This document shows positions 1-10,127 of a stretch of DNA of 64,000 nt, in pieces. The stretch lies in the NCBI GenBank assembly GCA_044222475.1, contig JBGANF010000001.1, positions 32,001-96,000 of the forward strand. Direction: 5' to 3'. The number at the start of each line of letters is the position of its first letter. The first letter of the stretch is position 1. The notes under the pieces are model-generated. The model worked only from the letters and a program-made list of their open reading frames with translations. It was not told the DNA's origin and searched no databases. Both the position numbers and the translations under genes were made by a program. The stretch is from Polyangiaceae bacterium (GTDB lineage Bacteria > Myxococcota_A > Polyangia > Polyangiales > Polyangiaceae).

Positions 1-888
1 ACCCGCGAGTTCGGCAACGTCGGCTCCGAAGACTCGTCGGTCACCAACTTGCCGAGCGAGCTCCGCCAGCGCGTCAACGCAGCGCAGACCGCCGCGACCG
101 GTCCGGCGACCGGGCGACTCGTCTTGATCGTCGACGACGAGGAGGAGATCCGAAAGCTCCTCCGCCGGCTCCTCACCGAGAAGGGGTACCGCGTCGTCGA
201 AGCCGACCGCGGCTTGGTCGCGCTCCGCATGGTGAAGGAGCACTCGCCGGACGTGATCATCCTCGACGCGATGCTGCCCGAGATCCACGGCTTCGACATC
301 GCGCGCCGCATCAAGGGCAGCGAGAAGTACGGCTCGATCCCGATCGTGATGATCAGCGCGGTGTACCGCGGCTGGCGCATCGCCGAGGATCTCAAGACGA
401 GCTACGGCATCGAGGAGTACATCGAGAAGCCGTTCCGCATGGCCGACGTCCTCGGTGCGGTTCAGCGCGTGCTCGCGAAGAGCGCGACGGCGACCGCCGG
501 GGCCGCGCCCATCGATCCGGACGCGATGAACGCGGAGGCCGCGCAGGCTCTCGATGCCGGCATCGCGGCGTACAAAGAGGGCCGCCTCGACGACGCGATC
601 GCGCTGCTCAAGCGCGGCGTGGCGATCGACCCGCTGGCCTTCCGTCTTCGCTTCCACCTGGGCCTCTTGTTCGGCAAAGGCGGGGCGATCTACGAGGGCA
701 TCCAGGAGCTCGAGAAAGCGATCGAGATCAACCCACGGAGCTTCCCGGCCCTGAAGAACCTCGCGGTTCTCTATGAGAAGGCGGGATTCCGCCACAAAGC
801 GGTGGAGATGTGGGAGAGGTGCGTGAACGCGGCTCCGGACGCCGACACGAAGCGCCAAATCAAAGAGCACCTCGTGGGTCTGCTCTGA
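1..888 (+). CDS. Response regulator (receiver domain + C-terminal TPRs), 5'-truncated by window edge
   Basis: Frame open from base 1; LIVDDE...VIILDAMLP...YIEKPF receiver motifs followed by TPR-like helices. Confidence 0.85.
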   Translation, partial: TREFGNVGSEDSSVTNLPSELRQRVNAAQTAATGPATGRLVLIVDDEEEIRKLLRRLLTEKGYRVVEADRGLVALRMVKEHSPDVIILDAMLPEIHGFDIARRIKGSEKYGSIPIVMISAVYRGWRIAEDLKTSYGIEEYIEKPFRMADVLGAVQRVLAKSATATAGAAPIDPDAMNAEAAQALDAGIAAYKEGRLDDAIALLKRGVAIDPLAFRLRFHLGLLFGKGGAIYEGIQELEKAIEINPRSFPALKNLAVLYEKAGFRHKAVEMWERCVNAAPDADTKRQIKEHLVGLL

Positions 889-904
889 GCTGCACCTCTC
901 GGTT

Positions 905-988
905 CCCCGAACACCCTCTGGTCTTCGAAGTCACGGGCGAGGGGTGTCGGGGGCAGAGCCCCTGACGTTGAAGCTTTTTCGAAGACCA
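905..988. repeat. REP-like nested palindromic element
   Basis: TGGTCTTCGAA (919-929)/TTCGAAGACCA (978-988) inverted repeat enclosing hairpin GTCGGGGGC-AGA-GCCCCTGAC (946-966). Confidence 0.55.
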
Positions 989-1023
989 AAGGCCACAATC
1001 GAGCGTAAGATCCACGAAGACGC

Positions 1024-2688
1024 GTGAAATTCCTCTGCGAGCAGTGCAAGGCCAAGTACCAGATCGACGACGCGAAGGTCGCTGGGAAAACCGTCCGGAT
1101 GAAGTGCCGCAAGTGTGGGCACCTCATCGAGGTTCGCGCCGAGGTCACCGAGACGAGCGTCGCAACCGCCCTCCCGCAGGGTGACGAGACACGCGTCGGC
1201 GCGCCCGATCCGGCGATCCTCGCGGCCCAGAAGGCGGCTCAGACTCCCGCACCGCCGCCCCGCCCGGGGGCGCCGCTCAAGCCGCAGCCACAGAAGCTCG
1301 CGACGAGCCTCGCGAGCGCGAAGCCGCAACCTCACCGCCCGTCGAACCCCGCGCCCGCCCAGAGCGCGCTCGCCGGCGCGTTCAACAAGAGCGTCCAGCG
1401 CGACGACGATGCCCTCCTCGAGCTCTCGACCACCGCCGAGTGGTACGTCGCGATCAACGGCGTCCCGGTGGGACCGATTCGTCTCTCGGAGCTGCGTCGC
1501 AAGGCAGCGTCCGGTGCGATCACGGAAGACTCGCTCTGCTGGCAAGAAGGCCTCGAAGAGTGGCGCCCCCTCAAGACGGTCACCGAGCTCGCCGCCATCG
1601 TCCGTGAAGCGGCAGCGACCGCCCGTCCTTCGCTCGCGAACCCGCCGCTCCACGAGGCGCATGGCGTGCACACGCCCGCGCCCAGCAGCAACCAACCGTC
1701 CCGACCGCCGACGCGCGGCGCGCCGTCTCCGGCCCAAGGGCCCGGCCGCGTCGAAGCGCCGAAGCCCGGAGCGATGGCCGCGCGAAGCAACGTCGTCTCT
1801 CTCAGCTCGCGCCTCGCCACCGCCGAGAAGCTCGACGCGCTGCCCGAGCCGGAAGAGCACACGGTCATCTCGGATCCGTTCGCCGCGATCGCACCGCAAC
1901 CGACGCCCGCTCCGCCCGTCGCAGCGGACTCGTCGGCGGCGGCGCTCCCCCTCGTCGCGGCCTCGGCGACGGGCGCGACGAGCGCGCCATTCGGCGCGCC
2001 CGCCCCCGTCGCGCTCGAAGCTGCGCCGCCACAGAAGAAGGGCACCAACTGGATCGCCGTCGCGATGGTCGTGCTCGCCGCTGCGTTCGGTGTCACCGCC
2101 GCGATCGCGATCTTCTTCCGCGGCAACCAGAACGTCGCGCCGCAGGTCACGACCGTGTTCGTCTCCGCGACGGCGACCACACCGACTCCCACCGCGACCG
2201 CAGTGGCGACCGCCGATCCGACGGCCACCGTGACGGCGAGCGCGAGCGGAACCGTGGTCGCAGCCGCGGGCACGTACCGCGGGACGGGCGGCACCGCGCC
2301 GGTGGCCACGACCGCGAAGACCATCGACAACTCCGCCATCGCGAACCTCCTCGGCGGCCCGTCGACGGGACCGGGCACCGGACCGGGCGGCGGCACGAGC
2401 GGCGCAGCGGGCGGCGGCTTGAGCGACAAGGCCGTCCAAGACGCGGTCCGCAACTACACGCCGGGCGTGAAGCGCACGTGCTGGGAGCGCGGCGGCTCGG
2501 CCGAGTCGACCGCGATCGTCGACGTGACCGTCACGGTCGCACCGAACGGCAACGTGTCGAACGCCGTCGCGACCGGCAACGATCCGCTCGTCGCGAAGTG
2601 CATCGAGAACCAGGTGCGCAACTGGCGCTTCTCGGCGCCCGGCGAAGTCACCACCATCAAGATCCCGTTCAAGTTCCTGAAGCAATAG
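1024..2688 (+). CDS. Zinc-ribbon/GYF-domain membrane protein with TonB-C-like end (AgmX/GltJ-like)
   Basis: MKFLCEQC...MKCRKC zinc ribbon, WYVAINGVPVGP...WQEGLEEWRPL GYF_2-like domain, one TM segment, C-terminal CIENQVRNWRF...IPFKF. Confidence 0.8.
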   Translation: MKFLCEQCKAKYQIDDAKVAGKTVRMKCRKCGHLIEVRAEVTETSVATALPQGDETRVGAPDPAILAAQKAAQTPAPPPRPGAPLKPQPQKLATSLASAKPQPHRPSNPAPAQSALAGAFNKSVQRDDDALLELSTTAEWYVAINGVPVGPIRLSELRRKAASGAITEDSLCWQEGLEEWRPLKTVTELAAIVREAAATARPSLANPPLHEAHGVHTPAPSSNQPSRPPTRGAPSPAQGPGRVEAPKPGAMAARSNVVSLSSRLATAEKLDALPEPEEHTVISDPFAAIAPQPTPAPPVAADSSAAALPLVAASATGATSAPFGAPAPVALEAAPPQKKGTNWIAVAMVVLAAAFGVTAAIAIFFRGNQNVAPQVTTVFVSATATTPTPTATAVATADPTATVTASASGTVVAAAGTYRGTGGTAPVATTAKTIDNSAIANLLGGPSTGPGTGPGGGTSGAAGGGLSDKAVQDAVRNYTPGVKRTCWERGGSAESTAIVDVTVTVAPNGNVSNAVATGNDPLVAKCIENQVRNWRFSAPGEVTTIKIPFKFLKQ

Positions 2689-2815
2689 TACCAAGTTGGT
2701 ACATTGCCGGCGGGGACGTCCGGATTGAATGCCGCCGGGGCCGCCCCCGTCTCCTGTAAGCACGCCTCGACGAAACCGTTGTGGTCACGCTACTGTCCCG
2801 CAGGAGGAGGCTCCC

Positions 2816-3622
2816 TTGTTCCTAGCTCGACCGCTTTCCCTCATCGTTCTCGCCGCCATCGGACTCGCCCCCGTCGTCGCCGCATGCGGCGGAAACAGCA
2901 AAGACGCGAGCTCCCCCACCCCCAGCGCGAGCGCGAGCACCGCGATGGCGCCGCCCCCGCCGGGCGGCTACCCGCCGGGCAGCTACCCGCCACCGGGCGG
3001 CTACCCGCCGAACGGCTATCCCCCGCCCGGAGCGACCACTGGCGCGCCCACCGGCTACCCGCCCCCCGGCGGAACCGCGACCGCCCCTCCTCCCGGTACC
3101 GGAACGGCCCCCGCCCCCACCGCGAGCGCGGCCATCCCGGGTCTCCCGGGCATCCCGCTCGACCCGAACCTCCTCCAGCAGATCGCCTCCGCCGGGGCTG
3201 CCGTCTTCGGCCAGGGTGCGAGCCCCGTAGCCGCCGGCGATCCGGTCGAGGTCGGGGTGAAGGGCGTGGCCGCGAAGGCGGTCGCTCCCGGGATGACCCC
3301 CGAAGGCAACCTCGTGAAGGACACGCTCGCGGCCGATGCGCACCGCACCGAGCTCGTCACCCTCTCCGGCGGCAAGTGCTACACGATCGTCGCGTTCTCT
3401 CCGGCCGGTCAGGTGACCAACGTCGACCTTCACCTGCTCCTCCCGCCGTTCTTCAACATGGAAGCCGGGCACGACAACGAGAGCGACAACACCGCCGTCA
3501 TCGGCAAGGGCACGGGCGCGATCTGCCCCGCGCTCGCGATGGCGGTTCAGTACAAGCTCGACGTCCACGCCAAGGCCGGCCAAGGCGCGATCGGCGTTCA
3601 GATCTATTCGAAGAACAAGTAG
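2816..3622 (+). CDS. Pro/Gly-rich lipoprotein
   Basis: TTG start after GGAGGAGG; lipobox VAAC; GYPP repeats; globular C-terminus. Confidence 0.7.
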   Translation: MFLARPLSLIVLAAIGLAPVVAACGGNSKDASSPTPSASASTAMAPPPPGGYPPGSYPPPGGYPPNGYPPPGATTGAPTGYPPPGGTATAPPPGTGTAPAPTASAAIPGLPGIPLDPNLLQQIASAGAAVFGQGASPVAAGDPVEVGVKGVAAKAVAPGMTPEGNLVKDTLAADAHRTELVTLSGGKCYTIVAFSPAGQVTNVDLHLLLPPFFNMEAGHDNESDNTAVIGKGTGAICPALAMAVQYKLDVHAKAGQGAIGVQIYSKNK

Positions 3623-3646
3623 CTCGCGCGGGCCGATGGGGCGGTC

Positions 3647-4486
3647 ATGCGCCCCATCACACCCGACGATCCCGAGTACCCGCGTCAGCTCCTCGAGCGG
3701 CCGAGCCCACCTTCGGTGCTCTGGGTCGACGGGCCACCGCTCTCCCACTCGCGCGCAGTCGCCATCGTGGGATCGCGCAAGCCATCGCCAGCCGCGAAGA
3801 GGTTCGCCGAGTGGCTGGGCGAGATCGTCGCGCGGCGCGGCACCATCGTCGTCTCGGGCGGCGCATTCGGGATCGACAGCGCAGCGCATCGGGGAGCCTG
3901 TCGAGGCGGCCAGTCATGGGTCGTCCTCCCGTGCGCGCTCGACAAGGCGCTGGTGAAGGAGCGAGACGTCGACCCCGAGCTCTACGATCGCGTGAAGGCA
4001 TCGGGCGGGGCGCTCCTCTCGACGTTCGATCCCGGTACCAAGGCGGCCCTCCCGAACCACCACATTCGCAACACCACGATCACGCGCCTCGTGACGGACA
4101 TGGTCGTCGTCCAGGCGGCGAAGAGGAGTGGCTCGCTCAGCGTGGGCCGCAAGGGGCTCGCGAACGGCGTCCGGGTGTTCACCTTTCGCGGGCCCTGCTG
4201 GGACCCCCTCTTCGGCGGAACGGCGGAGCTCCTCCAAGCTGGCGCGGTGGAGCCTTCGTCGGTGCGCAGCCTCGTCAAAGCGCTCACGAAGCCCCCGCCG
4301 CGGCCCCTCCGCCCCGACGAGCGGAGCCTCGTCCAGCAGCTCCGAAACGAGCCGATTCACGTGGACGAGCTGGTCCTCGCGACCTCCCTACCCATCGGTA
4401 GGGTCAGTAGCGCCCTCTTGACCCTTGCCTTGGACAACGTAGTAGTAGAGGGCCCTGCGGGATACTTCCGTAGGAATTCTACCTAA
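3647..4486 (+). CDS. dprA: DNA-protecting protein DprA
   Basis: VAIVGSR, VVSGGAFGIDSAAH, RN..I, SGSL motifs, C-terminal winged helix; directly upstream of topA. Confidence 0.92.
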   Translation: MRPITPDDPEYPRQLLERPSPPSVLWVDGPPLSHSRAVAIVGSRKPSPAAKRFAEWLGEIVARRGTIVVSGGAFGIDSAAHRGACRGGQSWVVLPCALDKALVKERDVDPELYDRVKASGGALLSTFDPGTKAALPNHHIRNTTITRLVTDMVVVQAAKRSGSLSVGRKGLANGVRVFTFRGPCWDPLFGGTAELLQAGAVEPSSVRSLVKALTKPPPRPLRPDERSLVQQLRNEPIHVDELVLATSLPIGRVSSALLTLALDNVVVEGPAGYFRRNST

Positions 4487-4527
4487 ACACTGGAAATCAC
4501 TCCACTCTTCATCTGGAAACGCGGGGA

Positions 4528-6912
4528 ATGGCCAAGACGCTCGTGGTCGTAGAGTCGCCGGCGAAGGCGAAAACGATCAAAAAGTACCTGGGAGCTGGCT
4601 ACGAGGTGATGGCCTCGAAGGGCCACATCAAGGACCTCCCCAAGAAGATGGGGATCGACGTCGAGAAGGGCTTCCAGGAGACCTACGAGGTCATCGCCGG
4701 CAAGGAGAAGGTCCTCCAAGAGCTCAAGGGCGCCGCCCGCGAAGCCGACGAGGTCCTCCTCGCAACCGACCCCGATCGCGAAGGCGAAGCCATCGCGTGG
4801 CACCTCTCCGAGGAGCTCGGCAAGAAGGCCGCGAAGCGCGTCGAGTTCCACGAGATCACGAAGAGCGGCGTGCAGAAGGGTGTCGCCTCCCCCCGCGCGC
4901 TCAACAAGCACCTCTACGACGCGCAGCGAGCGCGCCGCGTCCTGGACCGCATCGTCGGCTACGACGTGTCGGCCCTCGTGTGGTCCAAGCTCGCCTTCGG
5001 GCTCTCTGCCGGTCGCGTTCAGAGCGTCGCGCTTCGGCTCATCGTCGATCGCGAGCGCGAGATCGAGGCGTTCGTCCCCGAGGAGTACTGGAACTGTGGC
5101 GCCGGGCTCGAGCCGCGCGAGGGACCGAAGACGCCGTTCTTCGCGCGCCTCACCCAGAAGGGCGGCAAGAAGCTCGAGGTCAAGGACGGCGCCGCTGCCG
5201 CGCAGGTGCGCGCCGATCTCGAGAAGGCGGACTACAAGGTCGTCAAAATCACGAAGAGCGAGCGCAAGCGCAAGGCGCCGCCGCCGTTCACGACCAGCAA
5301 GCTCCAGCAGGACGCGGTGAACCGCCTCGGCTTCGGAGCGAAGCGCACGATGCAGGTCGCGCAGGGCCTCTACGAAGGCGTGGACCTCGGCAAGGACGGC
5401 GGCCCGGTCGGTCTCATCACGTACATGCGCACCGACTCGACGCGCCTCTCGCCCGATGCGGTGGCGGCGGCACGCATCTACATCGAGCAGACCTTCGGGA
5501 AGAACCACGTCCCGGCGCAGCCGAACGTCTTCAAATCGAAGAAGAACACCCAAGACGCGCACGAGGCGATCCGCCCCACGTCGCTCGATCACCCGCCCGA
5601 CCAGGTGCGCAAGCACCTCAAGGACGAGCAGTACAAGCTCTACAAGCTCATCTGGGATCGTTTCCTGGCGAGCCAGATGACCGACGCGATCTACGACCAA
5701 ACGGGGGTCGACATCGAAGCGCGGTCCGGATCCGAGGTCTACACGCTTCGCGTCGGCGGGCGCATCCTGAAGTTCCCCGGCTGGCTCGCGACCCAAGGCG
5801 AGAACATGAAGGGCGACCTCGCCGGCGAAGAAGGCGAGGTCAAGGAGGGCGAAGCCCCGAAGGTCCCGAGCCCGGACGACGAGGAGGCGACGCTGCCCGA
5901 GCTGAAGGAGGGTCAGGCCCTCGCCCTCCGCACGCCGCCCGGCGTCGTCACCGAGCAGAAGTTCACTCAGCCGCCGCCGCGCTACAACGAAGGCTCGCTC
6001 GTGCGCGAGCTCGAAGAGCGCGGCATCGGTCGTCCGAGCACGTACGCCGAGATCATCAGCAAGGTCCAAGCGCGCGACTACGTCGAGAAGCTCGACGCGC
6101 GCTTCAAGCCGACGACGCTCGGCAAGTACGTCGTCGACGGGCTCGTGCAGAGCGAGCTCGACTTCATGGACCCGACGTTCACGTCGAGCATGGAGCAGCA
6201 GCTCGATGGCGTCGAAGCTGGCGAAGAGGATCGCGTCGCGCTCCTCACGCGCTTCTACAAGCGCTTCCGCGAGCAGCTCGACAAGGGCAAGAAGGGCAAG
6301 CGCTGGAACCCCGACCCCACGCCGACCGGCGAGACGTGTGACGTCTGCAACGAAGGCGAGATGATGAAGCGCTGGTCGAAGAACGGATGGTTCCTCGGCT
6401 GCAGCAACTACCCGAAGTGCAAGAACACGCGTGACCTCGGCCCCGACGGCAACGGCCCGACGGCACGGCGCGATGCGGGCGTCGACTGCGACAAGTGCGG
6501 CAAGCCGATGAGCTTCCGCAGCGGGCGCTACGGCGAGTTCCTCTCGTGCACCGGATACCCGGCGTGCAAGAACGCGAAGCCCGTCCCGCTCGGCGTGCCG
6601 TGCCCGAAGTGCGGAGGCGACCTCATCGAGATTCGCCCGAAGAAGAAGGGCGGCAAGACGTTCTACGGTTGCTCCAACTGGAACACCGAGACGGTGAAGT
6701 GCGATTTCAAGCTCTGGCAGAAGCCGATCAAGGAGCCGTGTCCGCTGTGCGGAGCGAAGTTCCTCGTCCTCGGCGGCAGCCGCACGAAGCCGATGATCGT
6801 CTGCGCCGACAAGCAGTGTGGCTACAAGCGCTCGGCGGAAGCGCCGGGCGAAGGCGGCGAAGCACCGGCGGTCGCCGGGACGCCGGCGCCAGCGGCGACG
6901 CCTCCCGGTTGA
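4528..6912 (+). CDS. topA: DNA topoisomerase I
   Basis: LVVVESPAKAKTI, ATDPDREGEAI, SAGRVQS, ITYMRTDS, GIGRPSTY; C-terminal zinc ribbons. Confidence 0.98.
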   Translation: MAKTLVVVESPAKAKTIKKYLGAGYEVMASKGHIKDLPKKMGIDVEKGFQETYEVIAGKEKVLQELKGAAREADEVLLATDPDREGEAIAWHLSEELGKKAAKRVEFHEITKSGVQKGVASPRALNKHLYDAQRARRVLDRIVGYDVSALVWSKLAFGLSAGRVQSVALRLIVDREREIEAFVPEEYWNCGAGLEPREGPKTPFFARLTQKGGKKLEVKDGAAAAQVRADLEKADYKVVKITKSERKRKAPPPFTTSKLQQDAVNRLGFGAKRTMQVAQGLYEGVDLGKDGGPVGLITYMRTDSTRLSPDAVAAARIYIEQTFGKNHVPAQPNVFKSKKNTQDAHEAIRPTSLDHPPDQVRKHLKDEQYKLYKLIWDRFLASQMTDAIYDQTGVDIEARSGSEVYTLRVGGRILKFPGWLATQGENMKGDLAGEEGEVKEGEAPKVPSPDDEEATLPELKEGQALALRTPPGVVTEQKFTQPPPRYNEGSLVRELEERGIGRPSTYAEIISKVQARDYVEKLDARFKPTTLGKYVVDGLVQSELDFMDPTFTSSMEQQLDGVEAGEEDRVALLTRFYKRFREQLDKGKKGKRWNPDPTPTGETCDVCNEGEMMKRWSKNGWFLGCSNYPKCKNTRDLGPDGNGPTARRDAGVDCDKCGKPMSFRSGRYGEFLSCTGYPACKNAKPVPLGVPCPKCGGDLIEIRPKKKGGKTFYGCSNWNTETVKCDFKLWQKPIKEPCPLCGAKFLVLGGSRTKPMIVCADKQCGYKRSAEAPGEGGEAPAVAGTPAPAATPPG

Positions 6913-6919
6913 GCAGCAG

Positions 6920-7597
6920 TCAGCGACGAACCGCGTAGGCGACGCCGTCGCCGAACGGGAGGATCGTCGCTTCGAGGCGCGGGTGCTTCATGATCGCTTC
7001 GTTGAACGCGCGAAGCGCGGCGGTGCGCTTGCGCTCGTTCTCGGGCACGTCCGCGGGATCGCGAGCGACGAGGCCCTTCCACAGCACGTTGTCGGCGACG
7101 ATGATCCCGCGAGGCGCGAGGCGCGGCACGATCGCGTCGAGGTAGGCGACGTACTCCTCCTTGATGCAGTCGAGGTACGCGAGATCGATGCCGTGCGACG
7201 CGCCTTCGGGGAGCTTCGCGAGCCCGTCGAGCGCTCGCTCGCAGCGCACCTCGACTCGATCGGCGAGACCGGCGCGGGCGATGAACCCGCGCGCGATCTC
7301 GACGAGCTCGAGATCGACCTCGAAGGTGACGACGTGAGCGTCCTCGGCGGCGGCAGCGATCGTGATCGCGCCGTAGCCGATGTTCGTCCCGAGCTCGACG
7401 CAGAAGCGCGGCGCACGCGCGCGCGCGACCACGGCGAGGAAGCGAGCAACCTCCGGATCGCTGATGGGCTCCCGGCGCGACTTCGCGAGCGCCTCCATCT
7501 CTTTCGCGAGGTCGGAGCGGTGGCCGTGCGCCTGCTCGAGGTGGTCCAGGTACGTCGCCTGAGCGGGCTGCAGAATGGCGTCGAATGCGTCCTTCAT
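6920..7597 (-). CDS. O-methyltransferase (catechol/caffeoyl-CoA type)
   Basis: VELGTNIGYG, DLAYLDCIKEEY, IIVADNVLW, PFGDG. Confidence 0.88.
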   Translation of the reverse strand: MKDAFDAILQPAQATYLDHLEQAHGHRSDLAKEMEALAKSRREPISDPEVARFLAVVARARAPRFCVELGTNIGYGAITIAAAAEDAHVVTFEVDLELVEIARGFIARAGLADRVEVRCERALDGLAKLPEGASHGIDLAYLDCIKEEYVAYLDAIVPRLAPRGIIVADNVLWKGLVARDPADVPENERKRTAALRAFNEAIMKHPRLEATILPFGDGVAYAVRR

Positions 7598-7773
7598 CGT
7601 ACCTCTCCTGACGTGCGAGCATCTTTGGCGCTAGTCGCCGACATGCACGAATTTTGCCCGAACTGCAGCCGATTTTCCGTCCAACGTAGGGCCAATCGTC
7701 TCGGCTTTGAACGTACTAGCCCAGGCGAGAACCGATCCAACCGGCGTAGTGAAATGTTTGGCAGGCGGCGGAA

Positions 7774-9759
7774 GTGCATGCTGCAATGAGGGTGGATTCT
7801 CATGCCTCCTGGAGAAAATTGGAATCCTGCAAACTGACGATCGCGGAGCAGCTCATCTCGCGAGCTGACGTAGGGCCACCCGAGGCGGAGCTCGCGCTCG
7901 TCGACATCGACTGCCTCGAGCTTCGCGCGACGGAGCCGGGAGCGGTGCGCGAGATTGGCTACCGCACGACCGCAAAAGATGCGCTGGCTCGTTTGGCAGC
8001 GCTCGGAGTGACGCCCGAGCTCGCGAGGCAGGCAGCAGACGTCGCGCACACGCTCGCGCCGATCTACGCCCGCGGTCTCGTCGTTCGACGGATCACGAAG
8101 GAGCTCGGTGCCGCGGAGCTCTTCGAAGGGCGCGTCTACCTCGCGGCGGCGAAGGCGTACGAAGGCGCGTGGCTCGATCTCGCTTCGTTGGCGTTCGATC
8201 TCGGTGAGCCGCGCATCGGCATCGCGATTCAGGCCCTCCACCTCGCCGCTGCGCTCAGTGAAGCAGACGAGAACGCCGACGTTCACCTTTCGACGCTGGC
8301 GTTCACGCGCAGTCAGCGACCGGGCATTCGTACCCTCAAGCGCATCGACTTGACCGCATGCGTCCGCCTTCCCGCGCTCTTCGAGAAGCTCGCCGCGCGC
8401 ACGCACGGCGTGTCGCCGCGGGAAGCGGGACCGACCCGCGTCGAGGTGCTCGATTGGTTGAGCTCGCGCATCACCGGCAACCACACGGCCGCCGAGCGGT
8501 ACGCCCGCATCGAAGCCGCGCTCGTGACACCGGCGCCGCCGTCGTCGCAGCGCGAAACTCCGGTTCCGCCGCCTCCGAGCGGTCGCCGTCTCACCCCTCG
8601 CCCCTTCGCCATGGACGACGCGGCGCTGACTCCGCGCACGGTGACGTCGCCGCCGCGCCGTGGCCCACTCTCCGATCCGGTCGCGTGGTCGATCGAGACG
8701 CAGCTCTCGGCGGGCGACGTCCACGCCGCAGTCGAGCGCATCTCCGCGCTCGAGCGATCGCACGGTCGCACACCGTCGGTCGTCTACCTTCGATCGCGCG
8801 CATCGTTCCTCGCGCGCGCCGAGGCGCCGGAGGTCATCGCTCAGCGAGTGTCGCTCCTCGCCGCGAAGACCAGCTTCGACGAGCTCGAGCTCCTCGCCGC
8901 CCAGGCGTGGGCAGCGGCCGGGAACCTGCCTCGCGCTCTCCCCTATGCGCGCGTGCTCGCTCAGAACCCGAACACGACCGAGGACGTTCGAGGCGCTGCG
9001 CGCGAGATCGTCGCCGCCGCCGAGCGAGCGTCGCGGAGCCCGGCTCCCCACACCACGCCGAGCGGACACGCCATGCGACCCACGCCGTCGGGCGTTCGCA
9101 AGGCGGACCCGCCCGACGACGACGACGATCTTCCGCCGGTGCTCGCGCTGTCCGGTGCACCGAGCCGCCAACCCGCGACGCAGCCGCCTCCCAGGCCCAG
9201 CGTCGTCCCGTCGAGTGACGCCGACACGCTCATGAAGGGCGCTTCGCGTCCCGCGTTCCAGTCGGCGTCCGAGTTCGACGTCGCTCCGATCGGCACGCCC
9301 GAGGTCGTCGAGGAGCTGAGCGATCCGCCGCGCGGGCCTGATTTCGACGCGCGGTTCGAGTGCGTGTCGATGGCCCGCGAGCTGGGTCGCCTCTATCGCA
9401 TGCAGCACGGCATCGTGCTGCGCACCGACGTGCCGAGCCTCGAGCACATGCAGACGCAGCTGCTCGATCGGTACCACGGGCGTGGGATCAAGACCCAGTC
9501 GGCCGCGATGGACGTGCAGCGTCACGGCGCCGTCCTCTCCGAGATGCTCGCGCGTTGCCTCGGTGCGCGATGGACCGACGTCGCGCCGAGCGAGCTCGGC
9601 TACTGGGAGATGACGGTTCCACCGGGCCTCCGGGTGTGGCCGTTCGCGCGCGTGCTCCGGCTCATCAACATGGGAGCGAAGGAGCGCGACCTCGTCAGCT
9701 ACTTCCTCGAGCTCTACGCCCGCGCCGACGGCAAGAGCCCCATGCGCAACGCTCGCTAG
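7774..9759 (+). CDS. Hypothetical multidomain protein with TPR-like middle and Pro-rich linkers (start uncertain)
   Basis: Long ORF with typical codon bias and globular segments; no family confidently recognised. Confidence 0.7.
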   Translation: MHAAMRVDSHASWRKLESCKLTIAEQLISRADVGPPEAELALVDIDCLELRATEPGAVREIGYRTTAKDALARLAALGVTPELARQAADVAHTLAPIYARGLVVRRITKELGAAELFEGRVYLAAAKAYEGAWLDLASLAFDLGEPRIGIAIQALHLAAALSEADENADVHLSTLAFTRSQRPGIRTLKRIDLTACVRLPALFEKLAARTHGVSPREAGPTRVEVLDWLSSRITGNHTAAERYARIEAALVTPAPPSSQRETPVPPPPSGRRLTPRPFAMDDAALTPRTVTSPPRRGPLSDPVAWSIETQLSAGDVHAAVERISALERSHGRTPSVVYLRSRASFLARAEAPEVIAQRVSLLAAKTSFDELELLAAQAWAAAGNLPRALPYARVLAQNPNTTEDVRGAAREIVAAAERASRSPAPHTTPSGHAMRPTPSGVRKADPPDDDDDLPPVLALSGAPSRQPATQPPPRPSVVPSSDADTLMKGASRPAFQSASEFDVAPIGTPEVVEELSDPPRGPDFDARFECVSMARELGRLYRMQHGIVLRTDVPSLEHMQTQLLDRYHGRGIKTQSAAMDVQRHGAVLSEMLARCLGARWTDVAPSELGYWEMTVPPGLRVWPFARVLRLINMGAKERDLVSYFLELYARADGKSPMRNAR

Positions 9760-9779
9760 CATTTGCTACACTGCACCGC

Positions 9780-10118
9780 ATGACGTCGCCCTACCGTGAT
9801 GCCCTCGGTGAGGAAGAGCGCGAGCGGATCGCGGACGTCGAGAGCGACGAGGACTTCGATCGGCTCGCCTTCGCCCGCCGCGCGGTCGATCTCGTCGGGC
9901 CCGGGCGCACGCGCGTCGTGCTCTGCCCCGGAGCTCGACACGTACAGCTCGACACCGGTCGCGCGTGGGGCCGCGCGTCGCCAGCGCGTTGGGCGGTGTT
10001 CTGGGTCCCGCTGCGCGCGTCCCGACGCGCGATCGCGCTCGCCGCGCTCGAGCTGGCCGAGGGCACGTCGACGCCCTACGCGCTCGACGCCCTCATCGCT
10101 CACGCTTGGCCGGGCTGA
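9780..10118 (+). CDS. Small hypothetical protein
   Basis: ATG at 9780 preceded by extended -10 TGCTACACT; fills the gap up to greB. Confidence 0.6.
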   Translation: MTSPYRDALGEEERERIADVESDEDFDRLAFARRAVDLVGPGRTRVVLCPGARHVQLDTGRAWGRASPARWAVFWVPLRASRRAIALAALELAEGTSTPYALDALIAHAWPG

Positions 10119-10127
10119 GGGGTTCAC

